From: Harriotta raleighana
Lineage: Eukaryota
DNA: 64,000 nt
Assembly: GCA_050575255.1 (NCBI GenBank)
Contig: JBNZDD010013730.1
Coordinates: 5,358,345 to 5,422,344 of the forward strand
Reading direction: 5' to 3'
The position numbers and the translations under genes are program-made. Shown here piece by piece: positions 39,238 to 53,264 of the stretch (positions are counted from its first letter, which is position 1; the number at the start of each line of letters is the position of its first letter). A model generated the notes under the pieces. It ran no database searches. It was not told where the DNA came from and was given only the letters and a program-made list of their open reading frames with translations.

Positions 39238-39410
39238 ATCCTTGCATATCATATACTACTTCATCATGTCATCAAACATCTCAAAGCCTCAAAGTGCTTC
39301 GCACGATTTACTNATCCTTGCATATCATATACTACTTCATCATGTCATCAAACATCTCAAAGCGCTTCGCACGATTTACAGTGAAGTGCAGTGATTGTGT
39401 ATTCATTGGC
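39238..39410 (-). mobile_element. SINE tail, duplicated across N at 39313
   Basis: atccttgcatatcatatactacttcatcatgtcatcaaacatctcaaag occurs at 39238 and 39314. Confidence 0.75.
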
Positions 39411-40329
39411 AAATACTGAATTAATTGAACTCGTATAATTAAGTATTCATTCTATTAAATATAGGGGAGAGTGGCTAGAAAGCATTCTCAATAATCCACT
39501 GTCTTGATGCATGCTTGTCTTTTGTTTTGAGAACATTATTCTTCATATTGGTTTGTATAATTGTACATAGCATTTTCTGTTGCATTGGTTTGTACTGGGA
39601 AAAGCAGCCTAAACTGGATGCGCAGGCTTTGTACACAACTTAGTCAGATGAAATATTTCAAACTTACATATACTGTATATATGTCACCTCGCAATTCCCC
39701 AAACATCTCTGGGACAGAAATTTTGTACAAACTGCTTATGAGATCATGAAATTTTTTACTGTTGACTCAAGTCACATACAGCGATTCTCAGTGTGTCTGT
39801 AATCTATCATCCTAGATTCTTGTCTTGTTTTGCAATAATTTTGTTGAACAGAGAGCTGTTGAGGTGAAGGCAAGAGGATAAGGGAGAGATACTCAAAGAC
39901 ACCAAAGAATGTCTGGAATAAAGGGACAGAAGATGGGAAAACATGACAAAAATACAAGAAACAAATTAATATATTATTTTTAAATGTACGCAAGGATAAT
40001 TTTGGGGGGGACAGAATACATGTGGAAATTTACCATTGGAAACCTGACAACTTTAATTGTGTCAATAACGTTATCTGCAACCTTTTGTTGATCTGGCTTT
40101 GTAATCGAAAAATAAGTTAAAGTAACTAGAACATCCAAGGCCAAAATCTTGGTATTCACACACCAGGACAAACTGGTACTTGCTTTGCTACAAGCAAGGA
40201 CGCAGTGACACAAATTCTGGATAAAGGAATCCCAATTTCAAATTTAAAAAGGCACACACTAAAATACAATTAACCTACTCTAGAATCGTACCTGAAAGGA
40301 TACTCTACATATGATAGCAATCTAAAAAA

Positions 40330-40460
40330 AATCTTTGCATTTGCTATAGCATTTTTTATGTCAGGAATAGGTCTCAAGGCACTTTACATTATCTACTGCG
40401 AAGTTTAGCAAATGTCTTTTGTAGACGAATGAGGCAGCCAATTTGCACACAGCAAAGTCC
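40330..40460 (-). mobile_element. SINE 3' part
   Basis: atctttgcatttgctatagc...gtctcaaggcacttt...ggcagccaatttgcacacagcaaagtcc. Confidence 0.7.
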
Positions 40461-43400
40461 TATAATCCCATCTATTTATGATGACTGAGAAATGGATCAG
40501 CTCAGATTTGAAGGGACCAATATTTTGATTATGTTCCTTGTGCCAATTTTACAACAAGTCTAATGTGTGTTGATGATACAGCTGTGCTTATATTGTGGAA
40601 AAGGGACATCTGTCAGGATTTAAAGTCTAGTATCTGGAGTCATCAACTATTATATTCCACAATATGTTTCCTGTCACAATCAAATATTTCTGTTGAGGCG
40701 TCCAGAGGATTGTCTAATTGTTTGTAAATAGTTCTGAAATGTTCAGCGTTGCAGATTAACAAAGGAATCTATCTCTTTCTCGCGTGACAGTGAGGCACTG
40801 CCAATAGAATGAAAAGCAAGTAAAGCTGTGGATCAGGTGAGGGGTGGGGGGTTGAAGCACACAATAATGTCCATTTGGGAAAAAGTGTTAGAGAGATAAG
40901 ATTATAGAGGGATGGAATTGAAGATAGATTCAAATTTACAGTCTTCATCGTCATGGCTCCATCATTTTGAAAACAGTCAAACTCTCAGTAAACCCCCTCA
41001 GATTTGTTTGCTGATGGTTGATATCTTTCAGCAAAATATTGTAAGAAGCAAGAAAAGGGAAATGATTCATTATTATTTAACATTATCTATTCCGCTCCAA
41101 CTCCTGTATTGTGTAATTGTGTACAGAAGCGAGAAAGAGCCATTAACACAGAATGTGCTTGAGCGACAAACATACTAAATATGTATGTGAGAGATGGAAA
41201 ATGTATGGGGCAAGGATGGGGAGCAGTGAAGGGGAGAGTGGGAGAGGGAGGAAGAGAGAGGCAGAGAGAGAAAGAAAAGGTAAAGGAGATAGAGATGTGG
41301 AGGAAGATACTGCTGTTTGGACTAATTAGGGTCAGTTATTCTTTTCCAGTTTGGATTAGTTACCTAGGAAACCTGTAACTGCAGAGTAGGCACCATTCTC
41401 TCGCAATCACCCAGAACGCTCCATGAATGTCTAAATAATTCATAGTTTGGGCTCCAGCAAGAACCTGGTTACCTATAAACCAGGTCACAGAGAGATGTCT
41501 GCACAAAATGAAGACACTTTGCTCACCTTCAGTTTGAACCCTGTGCTTATAAAAGTTATCTTCAGCTATAAAGATATGTTTGAAGGTTGGATGATCTTCA
41601 ATCCTTCATCATTAAATGTCGTTCTTCCTAGGCATTTTTTTTTCTTCTCACATGGATGTTGTGGTCAATCCTGCACAATGCATGTCTGGCTGGCATACAT
41701 ATTTCACTGATGTGCACGGATAATATAATACAGTACTACCGACTTCAGCCTGTGTCAATAAAACAAGACAGTGAATGCTGCAAATTTGAAATGAAATGGA
41801 AAAGGCAAGCTAATTAGTGTCTTAAAGAGAAAGCTAGAATAATGTTTTGAGGATGTGAAAAAGACTGGATTGGCTGGAACAGCTCCACGATAAGGTAAAG
41901 GATGACATTGGGACCAGGTAAGTCAAAAACATAAAGGGGAAGTTAAAAATGTTAATGGCACATCAACTGCCTCTTTGAGTATGGATTTAGTGGCATTTAA
42001 TTTAATTATTTAGCTAATTTCATGAGCCCTGTTTTCTTAATTAAAGTTATCCTATTCCGTTTTCTACAACCTGACAAGCGAACCTAACTTAAATTTTCAC
42101 TGTTTTTATCGCTTTCGGTTGCTGACTGAGCTATTGTATTTTTGCCAGCATTGTCTATGATTGAAATCAGATGGTTTTATTATGTAGGCCGGACAGAAAA
42201 TATTCCTGGCATATTTGGGATTGTTTGGCAAGTCATTTAAGCTTGTCTGAAAACTGTGAATTGTGTGCAGATAGCACCCTCTCAACCCTCAAAAGTATTT
42301 TGCCAAAGAAGGATCCATTTAATCATCTCCCTCTCTAACAAAATTATTTCAGGATTTCACGAAAATTAAGTATTGGTAAAACAGCCTTCACTGCAATGAT
42401 TTGAAATATACTATGTTCTGGAGGTACATTTTCCAGGAATTCCCTATCCTCCTGCCACCTGTTATGTCCAAATTAGAACTACAATTCTCTTTGGCATTCT
42501 GTGCAGATCTATTCTGTGGTTGTAATAATCTGGACATATCTAACAGAAAGTCAGATGACTATATGATACTGATGTACTGCACTGTAAATGATTCAGGCTG
42601 AAACGCAATACCATTCCTCACCTTCAGTGCAGCCATTTACTGGGTCAGTCAAAAACATTAATATCTAGGGACACTTAATATATTCGTGCAATTGAAACAT
42701 ACTTCATAGTGATTACACTAAGCCTCCCTGCCATCAGTAGGACAACCAAATAAACTCACAAGAGAATTGGAGAGCTGGCCACTTATGTAGAATATTATAA
42801 TGCATACCAAATGGCCATTATACAAATTTACTAAAAGTCAATTATCATGGGAGATGCGCAATGTTGGATATAATTGACTTTGATTCTTAATTCATTACTT
42901 GTACAATTGCACTACCAAGTTCTTTACAAAATTGCCTTTAATTGTTCCTTCATTTCACACAAAAAATACAGAACATCCAACACATTCTGAATTTGTGTAT
43001 TACCGTATTTTGTTAACATTCAGTACCTAAATTTTATTTGACAAGCTTGCAACATACTTCTGCACCTCTTCACTAACAGTTTTGCAATTTTGGAAGTGAG
43101 CACTTAATTAAACCCATGGAAATGTAACATTTAAGAGCTTTAGCACAGTTTAACCTTGTAAACAGCATCAACACAGTCTAAAAAGTGGATGAGCTGGTAA
43201 AACAAGATTATAATAATTTTAGGAGTAAAAGCAACCACAGTGTATTTCTTCAATTAGGTATGATATTAAATAAAATAGAATTATCACCTGTCTTAATAAT
43301 GTGTAATGTCAGAGCCTTAGATTAATTTGAAAAATTGTAATTCTTGCAATGCCCAAGAATTTGTATTTCTTTTGGGTTTGGATACAAGTTTTCACAAGGC

Positions 43401-45284
43401 GTGAATATTTTTCAATTATACAACAACAAACTTACATTTATAGAGTGCCTTTCATATTGGAAGGACCCACTGGGGGAAAAAAATTAAGATGATACATAAA
43501 ATCAATCCACCATTCAATGTCACCAACATACCCTTGTTTCATTATCAGTAATGAGTCCCCAAACAATACTGATTTCTACTCTGACAACACAACCCATATT
43601 ACCTTTGTCACAAAATCACTACAGTATATTGAAGAATGCACAGTTGGTGTAAATGTAACCCATAAACACTATGGAAGTTACTAAAATTGGACTATTGAAC
43701 GATTACTTCATTCCAACTCTCAGTACATTAAGGACAATCTGGTGAACCTCTCAATGAAACAGTGAAGGGATCTATGCAACAGAGGCGTGCCTGGAACTTC
43801 GTATTGTCATTAGAAGATACTATTTTGTTAGAATCAGTGTCAAGTTGCTCTATGTACATGGTCCAGTCCTCTTGCCATTTGTTGCCTCCAAATTGTCATC
43901 TATTTCTCCAAAATGGTTGGATTGATAAAGAACTAACCTTTGCAACAAGGAAAATGGAAATCTTCATAGAATAATAGCTTTTTATTGATGAGCTCAACCA
44001 TTAATGTAAATCACACAATGTTCTAAGTACAGTATCCCTTTTAACTTGGTACCATTCGACAGAAGATGTGTCAAAAGAGCCCAGTTCTAAATTACACTTG
44101 CAACACAATTTGTCCTTGGACAACTCGGTCTTAAATACCCTAGAGGGAGTTCAGTACATTTTTTGGATGACTTTAATAAATTGGGTCAGCCTTGTTTCAG
44201 ATTCTCTTGAGGCCACTCCTCTCCATATCCCCTTCCAATCAACCTCCCTTGATTTTTTTTTGTATGTTGGGAAAGTCTGCACCAAGGAAATTCTGAGCTG
44301 CTGTGACTTTATCAGATTTGAGTAACAATTTGACAGCAGTATACCGACCGGGTTGTCAAGTTATTACAGATAATATGGAACATCAAAAATACTCAATGAA
44401 AAAGATGGTAGCCTGCAGGTTTGTGAAGAAATGCAAATAAGGCAGATTCAGCCTGGATAGCAAGGTTAATGAGCTGTGCATTCCTGACGATTTGTAACAA
44501 TACGTTGTATAAAATATTGCAATAACATGGTACTTTGCCCCCAAGTAACAGACGACTATAATATTCAAATTATAAACTATAGTTTGTACACAAAAAGTAT
44601 GGAAAAACAGTCCATTTAAAATAAATAGTGATAATTTCAGAGTATTTAAAAAAATGATATTAAGTCCCTTTGAAACAAACAAAATTCCCCAGCCGAAAAA
44701 CAGGCAATTATGATAATAATGAAAATAACAATAATCCTTGCATTTGATATAGCACTTTCACGTGTTTAGTGTTATTAACTGATTTAATATTGTTAAATTA
44801 TTATTTAGTGTTATCAAATAATTATTTAATAATAATGATATAAACTGAGAAATAAAAGTAGATTGCCAGTTTTCCTCTCTCCCCACCGGGTTTTAGCCCA
44901 TTCTCTCTGATGACCTGACTGAGACGTGAGTGGAAAAAAATGGGTAAAGCTTCATTGTTGATCACTGTAATGATGCACCAAAATATACCTACCAGGAATT
45001 TGAATTATCCAGCTAAAGGTGCAGCTTAATACTCAATTAATAAAATATTCTTTTTATTCCTAGCATTTCATATAGGACTTGTAACTCAAAAATCCCCCAA
45101 ACGCTTCAACAGGTAATTAATATTAAAATCTAGGGACACTTTTCAAGACAAATGTGGCATAATATTCTCCAAGCAGAAAAAGAGAAATGTCCTTCAACTG
45201 TCTGTGTAGGCTTGATTAAAATCCAGCATCATCCTAACAGTGCAAAGGACAATCTACAATTAAGGGGGAAATAAAACGAATGCT

Positions 45285-45525
45285 AGAAATTCACAATACA
45301 AACTTCTCATTTTGGGAGGGTGTCCCAAGGGGCTTAACAATCCTGGCTTGGCAGCCAAAAGGATAGGGAGGGAAAAGGTGACAGAAAACATGGTCAAAAA
45401 GGTATTGAGATAGACCTTGAAAGAGATAAGAGAGGAAACATTTTCAGAGAGGAATCCAGGATGGAATTCCAGAGATTGGGGCAGATAGGCTAAAAGCCTG
45501 CCCACCAACGGTGGGGGGTCAAAAA
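45285..45525 (-). mobile_element. L2 3' end, degenerate
   Basis: gggagggtgtcccaag...gaccttgaaagag...ggaattccagagattggggcagataggctaaaagcctgcccaccaacgg. Confidence 0.75.
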
Positions 45526-45869
45526 GCAGGCCAGTGTAGGCTGAGCAAATGATATGATAAAACAACCAGAAAATGTGAGAAATGCACAGCAGCTCAATGG
45601 GCATAAAAATAGAAATACAAGCTTTGTTAAAAATAAAAAAAATTCTGGAGTACAAGGCCACACCAATATTCCGATTGTCTGAGCCGAATTTAAGGTAGAA
45701 TGAAACTAAAAGCCGATTAAAGAGGATAAAGCATACCAGAATATCCATCATTACAACTGGAAGTCAGATAGAATTTAACAGTTACACAATCGTTACAGGA
45801 ATACAGTCTTTTAGTTGTCTCGGAGTCAACTTAAATGCTTATTTAGAGTAATCTACCTACTAATACTAA

Positions 45870-45982
45870 TGTGCCCACAAAATATTCAGCCAATTCACTT
45901 TACAGAGTATTCTGTGAAGCGCTTGAGATATCTAGAAGATATGAAAAGCTCTATATCAAATGCAAGGATCATTATATTTATT
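45870..45982 (+). mobile_element. SINE 3' tail fragment
   Basis: cccacaaaatattcagccaattcactttacagagtattctgtgaagcgcttgagata...ctatatcaaatgcaaggatcatta. Confidence 0.8.
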
Positions 45983-47614
45983 ATGCAAACTGTAATAGGT
46001 GTGGCCTGATCATTTCAGTATTCTAGGATTCTATTTTCATTCTTTATCTATCTAACATAAACATATCACTTGCACTCTGGATATTGTTATCAAAATATAA
46101 TTTTGTTAGTTCTCTTTTCATTTCCTGGTTATCTTTTCTTGACAACATGATGGGGTAGTAACATATGGTCTTCTTAGTCTCATCAAGATGTTAATTATAA
46201 ATTATTCCCTAGTTTTCTTTTCCAGATTATCCTTTTGGCTTGTAACTCACGATGGATACCAGCACAAAGCAACTAGATTACCGATCTCCCCAACAGATGT
46301 GTACAAGCACTCATTTGGCTTCAAGCCAAGCCAATGTCATTGCAAACTAATGTGCAAAATTCATACCTTTCGAAGATCAACAGTTACAAGCAATCAGCAA
46401 TAAACTAAAATGCACTCTTTAACCCTGGAGTACATCTTCGAAACAAACATGAATTGGAAGAAAACTAGGATTCATAACAGTTCCCCAAAAAAATTATTCC
46501 AACAATCTATATAAAAGATCTCTATGCCATTGAGGCAATATTATCCATCATTATACTTTAGACTGTATGTACTTACGGTCAGGCCACTCCCAAGTTGCAC
46601 AAGTCAAGAGACTTTCTTGAATAATATCCACTGGTCATCACAGGTGTCAATGGAATGAATCCATTTAGAGATGAATGATACACTTTTACTCCTTTCTAAG
46701 GTCTACGCAGTGTTAGATCCCAAAGCAACAGAAATAAATCAGCCATCAGGGGCTTAAAATCATGTTGAAACCTTTTTTTCCCTCTAACTGTGTGTAAGTT
46801 ACATGCAGATACTACCATTAAAACATTCCTTACCACAGTAGTTGGAAAATATTCTCGCAAGCTGCAGTTCATTTAAAATTGGGTGTCTTTCTCAATCAAT
46901 TAAAGATTTCAGCCAGTGAGCACTTCCATTAGTGCAATGAACCACTCCTTTGTTACCAATAAAGACAATTGACTCCACACTCTCTAAAGAAGTCAAATCA
47001 ACTAGCAATTTTACATTTGAATTTAATGAGTGTCTACAAGATTTCTGCAGAATGTTTCACTTACAATTTATCTCTCTCTCTCCCATGTTAGGTAATCTGC
47101 CTTAAAGTGCAAATAAGGTTTTCTTGCATAGAAGTAAGAATGGCTCGAAGAGACATGAAGATCTAAGCATGTAGCGATGGATATTGAAGCAAAAGCATCA
47201 CTGATATGAGTTAAGGATCGAAAAGTATATTACTGTACCTTTTAATGCATTTGCAGAAACATTATCTCATTAGGGAATCTGGAATTTCCGTGAAGTGGCA
47301 AGCAAGGAAGGGTTAATGTATTCTACTCCCTCAGGTGATAAACAAATATAAAATATGTGCTAAAAAGACATTAAAAAGATAACATGGGATAATAAAGAAA
47401 AATTGGGAAAGATTATAATGGATATTAGAGGATAGATTCTTAGGGTATGCTTGTATCACACAAAATATTGAAGAACAATCCTTTCAGAATAAAAATGAAT
47501 ACCAATAGTTTGGTTAAAAGATTTGTTTCTGAGAATGACATCTAACTTGCCATATTTATCAATAGGATTTCAGTTACATACTGGAGAGGTTACTGGTTGG
47601 TGAATCAGTGACTT

Positions 47615-48017
47615 GAAGGCCATCTATAGCCTTATTCCCCCACCTCTTTGACCTGCTGACCCTCTAACAACCTGCCCGCTGGCCTCTCCCTCCATTCAGC
47701 CAGCTACGGCCTGCTCCATGTCTTCCACCCGATCTACCCTACCGTTGGTGGCCGGGCTTTCAGCCTCTCTGCCCCAAGCTTTGGGACTCCATCCCACAAT
47801 CGCTTCACCTTGCTCCTGCCCTTGCCTCCTTCAAGCCGATCTCAAGACCCTCCTTTTGATTGTACCTTCAGCCGCATTCCTACCTCTCTGCCCCGCCATC
47901 ATACCAACCCTGCCCCACCCGACCCCCTCATGCTCGGGTCCTGTTCAACGCCTTGGGATATCCTCCCGATGTGAAATGTATTTTTCTACAAATGTTATTT
48001 TGTTGTTGTGTTGTTGT
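47615..48017 (+). mobile_element. L2 3' end with (ttg)n tail
   Basis: gaaggccatctatagcctt...ttggtggccgggctttcagc...ctcaagaccctcctttt...gccttgggatatcctcccgatgtgaaa...ttgttgttg. Confidence 0.85.
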
Positions 48018-48210
48018 AGAGGCATCAATTTAAAATAGTCAACTAACAAGTAACTAAGAATGTTCAGAGAATTTTTTCGCACATAATTACAACATGGTAT
48101 GCCCTGCTGGATAGTGGTGAAGGTAGAATCCATATTAGTTTTGAAAACAGAACTAGATAAATATCTAAAAAGGAGTAATCCTTCATCCTATTTACCTCCC
48201 CTTTCCACAT

Positions 48211-48455
48211 GAAATCCTATGGCTTAGTCGACAGAGCCCTTGCTCCGCAAGCGAGAGGATCTAGGTTTGATTCCCCGGCAGGAAGAAGCATTGGGTTTCC
48301 TTATTCCACTCGCCTCTGCTTACCTAGCAGTAAGTAGGATCCCAGCTGATAGTCGATTGGCAGATTGTTTCCGGGGATAATAATCACTTAAGAAAAATAA
48401 CAATAATAGTTTGTTTACTCAATCCAAGACATATATCAAATGCAAGGATTATTAT
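48211..48455 (+). mobile_element. tRNA-derived SINE, internally deleted
   Basis: Head ggcttagtcgacagagc...aggtttgattcccc, body matching the 2554 copy, abrupt jump to tail atatcaaatgcaaggattatta. Confidence 0.85.
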
Positions 48456-48484
48456 ACCACTATGTAATAATAAATATACAGTCA

Positions 48485-48644
48485 TGGATTGAAATGACCA
48501 AATTATCATTTTTTTCATTTCTTGAGGAATTATTATCACAGGTGTAGAGTAAGGAAACTTGCCCGAGATTTTGCACTGCCGAGAATCGAACCCAGATCTC
48601 TTGCTTGTGAGGCGAGTGCTCTAAACACTGAGCTACAAGACTCC
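48485..48644 (-). mobile_element. tRNA-derived SINE 5' half
   Basis: Minus head ggagtcttgtagctcagtgtttagagcactcgcctcacaagcaagagatctgggttcgattctc. Confidence 0.85.
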
Positions 48645-51600
48645 ACATGTATGGGAGTTACGTGAACATGAACAGGTAAATGTGACATAGGTTTCTACTG
48701 AAAACAACCAGCACACACACAATGGGCCAAATAGCCTTTTTCTGTACTATAAATTTGTATGGTTATATGATTGTAAGGGAAGAGATAGGTGGGAGGGAAT
48801 ATGATATTGATACTCATATGGAGTATAAATGACAGCACAGTCTAGTTGGCCGAATAGCCAATCTATATACTGTAGTTTTACGCACGTTTCCAGCCAATTT
48901 TGAGAATTCTGCTCTGAATTAGATCATGTCGGGGTGGAGTTTTTATATGTCAGCCTTCACATATTTGCAGAAGTTCCGATGTGAGCAAGTTGGAAAGATT
49001 CCTTTTTGAGAAAAATCATCAATTAGACCTCAATGAAAGTCTCTAGATCTGTCTCCCAGTTTCATTCTTAACAGATAGAATTCTAACCTTCTGGAAAGTG
49101 TGCACAATGCATTCATTTACACCACATAGAGGGCTCAACAGCTGCTGACCAATTGAACGGCTGTCAGAACACTCCCACCTCTTCCTGTGGGGCTACATTC
49201 ACATAAGGAAACCTTTACACTAATGGAACGCAGTTATGCCTTCAACCTTTCTTGGGCTTCAGAGATTTCCTCCCAACCCATCCCTTGAAAATACTTACAA
49301 GACATGTTTTTTTATATAAAAGACTGTACGGAAATAAAGCTTCTTGCATGTCCAAAGTCAAAAAGGTTGATGGAGCACATGTATTATGCACTGCCTGAAA
49401 TTAACATTAAGATTAATTGAAGAAAATCTCTTTAATTAATGAGCACAGTACAAGTATATTCGAGTCCTTTTGGCCTGAAAGTGCATTAAAGTCAATTTGC
49501 CAACTGGTGATGGTTAATCAAGCGATAAGCATAATATTACAAGCCTGCACAAGGCAATAAATGGCTGCTACACACTGAATAAATATGTAGACCAGAGGCT
49601 GAGTGCTGATCACCTCGCCATTTATTGCCTAGTACATTCTGGGATTCCTGCATTTATTACCACAATATATAGAGGACATGTTATTACTCTGCAACATTCA
49701 ATAAAATAAAGATAGACATGATAAGTATCAGAGAATGACAAAACTAGAGCAACTCTGAAGGAGAAACATTCACAGTGCTTGACACCGTAGCCGGTCACAA
49801 CACATTCTTCGTGTAACATATTACCTTTTCAACTGAAATAACCTGATTTTAATGAATACCTTTGTGCCTCAAGAAATCAGTAAAAGCCGCCTTGTTATGC
49901 CATTAAGTTCTGGTTCCACCAGCACCACGACCAGGATTGATGGGCATTGGGAGCTCGCATCCTCATATACAATGACTTGAAAGGAACTTTATGGGTAAGT
50001 AACTCCTTTTGCAGTTAAGTGCAGTCACAGACATTGTGCACTTATAATAAGGTGTCCCCATCATAAGAGCACATCATCAAATCACTATATTTTGTGGAAA
50101 CCAGCACTCTTGCCACTTTACCAGACATAATCTGTGCATTAATGCGGCTCTGCCTAAACCTGTAATTTTCTTTTCCTTTTCCAATTCTGAATTAAGAGTG
50201 AAAAAATAAAATGTTACCTTGCAGCTGCTTGTTAAAGACCAATTTGATTCCCAGTTCTTTATAGCACTGCTTGAGGTGTTCTCACTAAAAAACAAAACAT
50301 AAAACATGATATAAGTTTCAGAAGTTTACTGTGTAATTCATGGAGTCATACTGCAGTCAGCATGAGAGCACTATGGTGTGAAGTTACCTTCTCAAATGCT
50401 CTCTCTTCAATAAGTCAAATTGTCATTTAAAAAATCATAGCTATCTTGATTCAAAATTTTATTTGAGTGTTTTTATTTAATAAATAGCACGTAAAGTATT
50501 CATTGATACAAAAAGGCTTTAAATTGTCTACATTTAATGGTATTGTTATCTCATTCTTACCAGACTATGATTAATTATTTTTTGCTGTGTTTGTTTTGCA
50601 GACTTGGTTCAGATAGTTATGAAGAACCTTGTCCGCCATCAGCATGATCCTACATTCTGGAAGTGAACTGGGACCACTGACAGCAGCACAGGACAAAGGA
50701 CATTTCAGGACGTAATGATAAGTAATTCCAGAGGCAAAAATATTTCTTGGTTCCTTACTATAGACAAAGCTAAGGTCAGGAGAACTGCAGTATAAATGGG
50801 ATGCAAGATTTCTGAGGTGATGCAATTTGTAGCAAATGGCACTGGCAAATTATACTATAGTATTTTACTACTGGAAATATGCAGAGTAAATTAATTGGAT
50901 CCGTTTCCTAATTGAATGAATTTGTGTTTTTAATTCAGCGGTGTTAAACAGTTACTTGCTCACTAACCCAGCATTGGAATACTCTATACATACTGTTGTT
51001 AAGGCTAGTCTAGCGGGGTATTAAGATGATTAAATGGTATAGGAAAATGAAGAATCAGAAAGTAATGTGGAAGAACTGGACGAAAATAATTAAAGAATAG
51101 CAATAAATACATGGTAGCTTGGACCTTAGATTGGTGAACAGTACTCAGAAAGACTTCTCTCAGTGTCCTAAGGACTTTGCAGAGTTTGTGCAGTGAATTA
51201 GTGTTCCAGAAACTGTCACAAATGCCAAGAAGTGTGGCAAGATTGGTGTTGGATATCGAAATGACAATAAGGGAAATTCTTTATGCTGAGGATTCTTCTC
51301 ACAATTTCAAAGTCCTTTTTGTTTTCGGCATTGAAGCTTGACTGCTTCAAGACATCTCATCCCTTCGGAGAAGTCTGTTTGTATTTAGGTGAAGCAGCGC
51401 TAGAGGAATTTCAGCAGTTATAAATAACTGACAGTGATAAGGTTACAATCGGGATTAATCAAATGCCTCACAACAAAAACAAGCCATCAATTAGACATGT
51501 TATTTTGTCTGTTTTACCAGTCAAGTTCACAATTCTTAGACATACCAACTTCTATATGAAATATTAATGTTTAATGAAATAAAATGTTTTTTCTCCCCCG

Positions 51601-52216
51601 CCATGTACTGTATTAATAAATCATTAGGCTGTTTTTGGAATAAAAATTCTGAGTGAATTTGGTAGAGTAGAAAGGGAGACATTATTGCCACTGGTACACG
51701 AGTTGAAAGTTGGAGGGCATCAATGTAATGATAGTTAGCAAGGTGGCAAAGGAGGATGATTAGGGGAATTTTAAAGTATAACACAGAATTGTCGGGAAGT
51801 GTCCTGCTGGGTATCATAGCTAACGCACATCAGCTTTCAAGAAGGAATTAGATGGAGAGCAGCCCTGTTTAATGCGTTTCACTCAAGTATAACTTTACTC
51901 AAACATGGTTGCACTGTGAACCATATCCATTGGACAGGTGCTCAGCTAATCCCTGTGTTCAGGCCAGCTTTTCACTTATAATAGTGTCTGATCCTTCAGG
52001 TTGCTGCTGATATCACTCCCAGATTTACAACGTTTATGCAAGATGGGAAATGGCAACACTGAAGGTAACCAAATTGGTGTTGGGTTGACCCACTGACACA
52101 GAATTTGGCCTGTTGCACTTTCCTGTATGTCAGACAGCTGCATGCAGTCACAGCAAAACCTGCTATGTTAGAACATAAATAAATGATCCTTACATTTATG
52201 TAGCGCTTTCCATATC

Positions 52217-52474
52217 TTATCGATGTCTCAAAGCGCTTCACAGAATACAACAACATCCCAAAATAGGGACCAGAGCGGGGGAGGAGGAGTCGGGGTAGAG
52301 AGAAGAAAAGAGGGAAGAAAGGGGGAAAGAGAGGCAGGGTCCTACTTCTNTTATCGATGTCTCAAAGCGCTTCACAGAATACAACAACATCCCAAAATAG
52401 AGACCAGAGCAGGGGAGGAGGAGTCGGGGTAGAGAGAAGAAGAAAGGGGGAAAGAGAGGCAGGGTCCTACTTCT
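52217..52474. repeat. ~130-bp duplication around N at 52350 (SINE tail plus purine-rich tract)
   Basis: 52217-52349 repeats at 52351-52474 with substitutions and an indel in the GA-rich tract. Confidence 0.9.
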
Positions 52475-52475
52475 A

Positions 52476-52590
52476 AACATAAGAACGTAAGAATTAGGAG
52501 CAGGACATTCGGCCCCTCAAGCCTGCCTCGCAATTCAATAAGATCATGGAGGATCTATTCTAACTCCACCTACGTGCCTTATCCCCTCTG
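52476..52590 (-). mobile_element. CR1 3' terminus
   Basis: aacataagaacgtaagaattaggagcagg...cattcggcccctcaagcctgc...attcaataagatcatgg, the reverse of an 8-bp-repeat CR1 tail. Confidence 0.8.
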
Positions 52591-53113
52591 TATGTTACCT
52601 CAGTGTGATGTGGGTTGTGATTTTATGGATGCCAAACACTGTTACACTCTAAAAAAGAATGCTTAGCAAAGCAATGTGGAAAAAGCAGGTAAATGGACTG
52701 AATGGAGATTGTAATTAATAACAATAATAACTGTTTTTGTGGATGGATGGTTGAGGTCAAGATATTGAAGTCTTGTAGCATTGTGATTGCTCCTTCAGAA
52801 GCATTCGCTCAATTGCACTTCGTAAATTTCTATGGTGCTATAGCTCCAAATAAACTACTTTAAGTTCTGCTTGTGAAAAAATGCCAGATGTATAATAAGG
52901 GGGCATTTCATTTTTGAACATTCTGAATTCTGGAAATTCTGCCTTACTTTTCTGAAATTTCTACTTGGCCTTGACAATAATACAGTAGTTCTGTATCAAT
53001 ACAAAGTAATCTGTTGTAACCAACAGATTTTAACCCTGCAGGAAATCAATTTGAGTCAGCCTAGCTCAGTAAACACTGCATGGGTTTGTGATCTTAGACT
53101 ATATAGGTTACTC

Positions 53114-53262
53114 ATAATAATAGTCCTTGCATTTGGTATAGTGCCTTATCACGTCTTTGAGATGTTTCAAAGCGCTTCACAGTATATAATATAAAGTGAA
53201 TTGACTGTATATTTTGTGGGAGAAACATGGCAGCCAATTGCACACAACAGTGACCCACAAGC
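53114..53262 (-). mobile_element. SINE 3' part
   Basis: ccttgcatttggtatagtgccttatcacgtctttgagatgtttcaaagcgcttcacag...ggcagccaattgcacac. Confidence 0.85.
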
Positions 53263-53264
53263 AG

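Larger units (their letters stand above)
48055..48770 (+). mobile_element. CR1 3' end interrupted by two SINEs
   Basis: Left piece gtggtgaaggtagaatccat...gaactagataaatatcta (to ~48180); right piece from ~48650 ends in atgggccaaatagcctttttctgtactataaattt. Confidence 0.6.

Noticed and set aside
43500-43900. Possible very old LINE remnant (FYSDNTT resembling YADDT)
   Set aside because: One weak motif is too little to assign a family.
45260-45751. 163-aa hydrophobic ORF on the minus strand
   Set aside because: Runs through a decayed L2 tail and T-rich sequence; hydrophobicity is compositional.
50602-50666. Possible terminal exon (ttgttttgcag then LVQIVMKNLVRHQHDPTFWK*)
   Set aside because: The acceptor is good, but I cannot match the peptide to a protein and found no upstream exons; it needs RNA-seq or TBLASTN.
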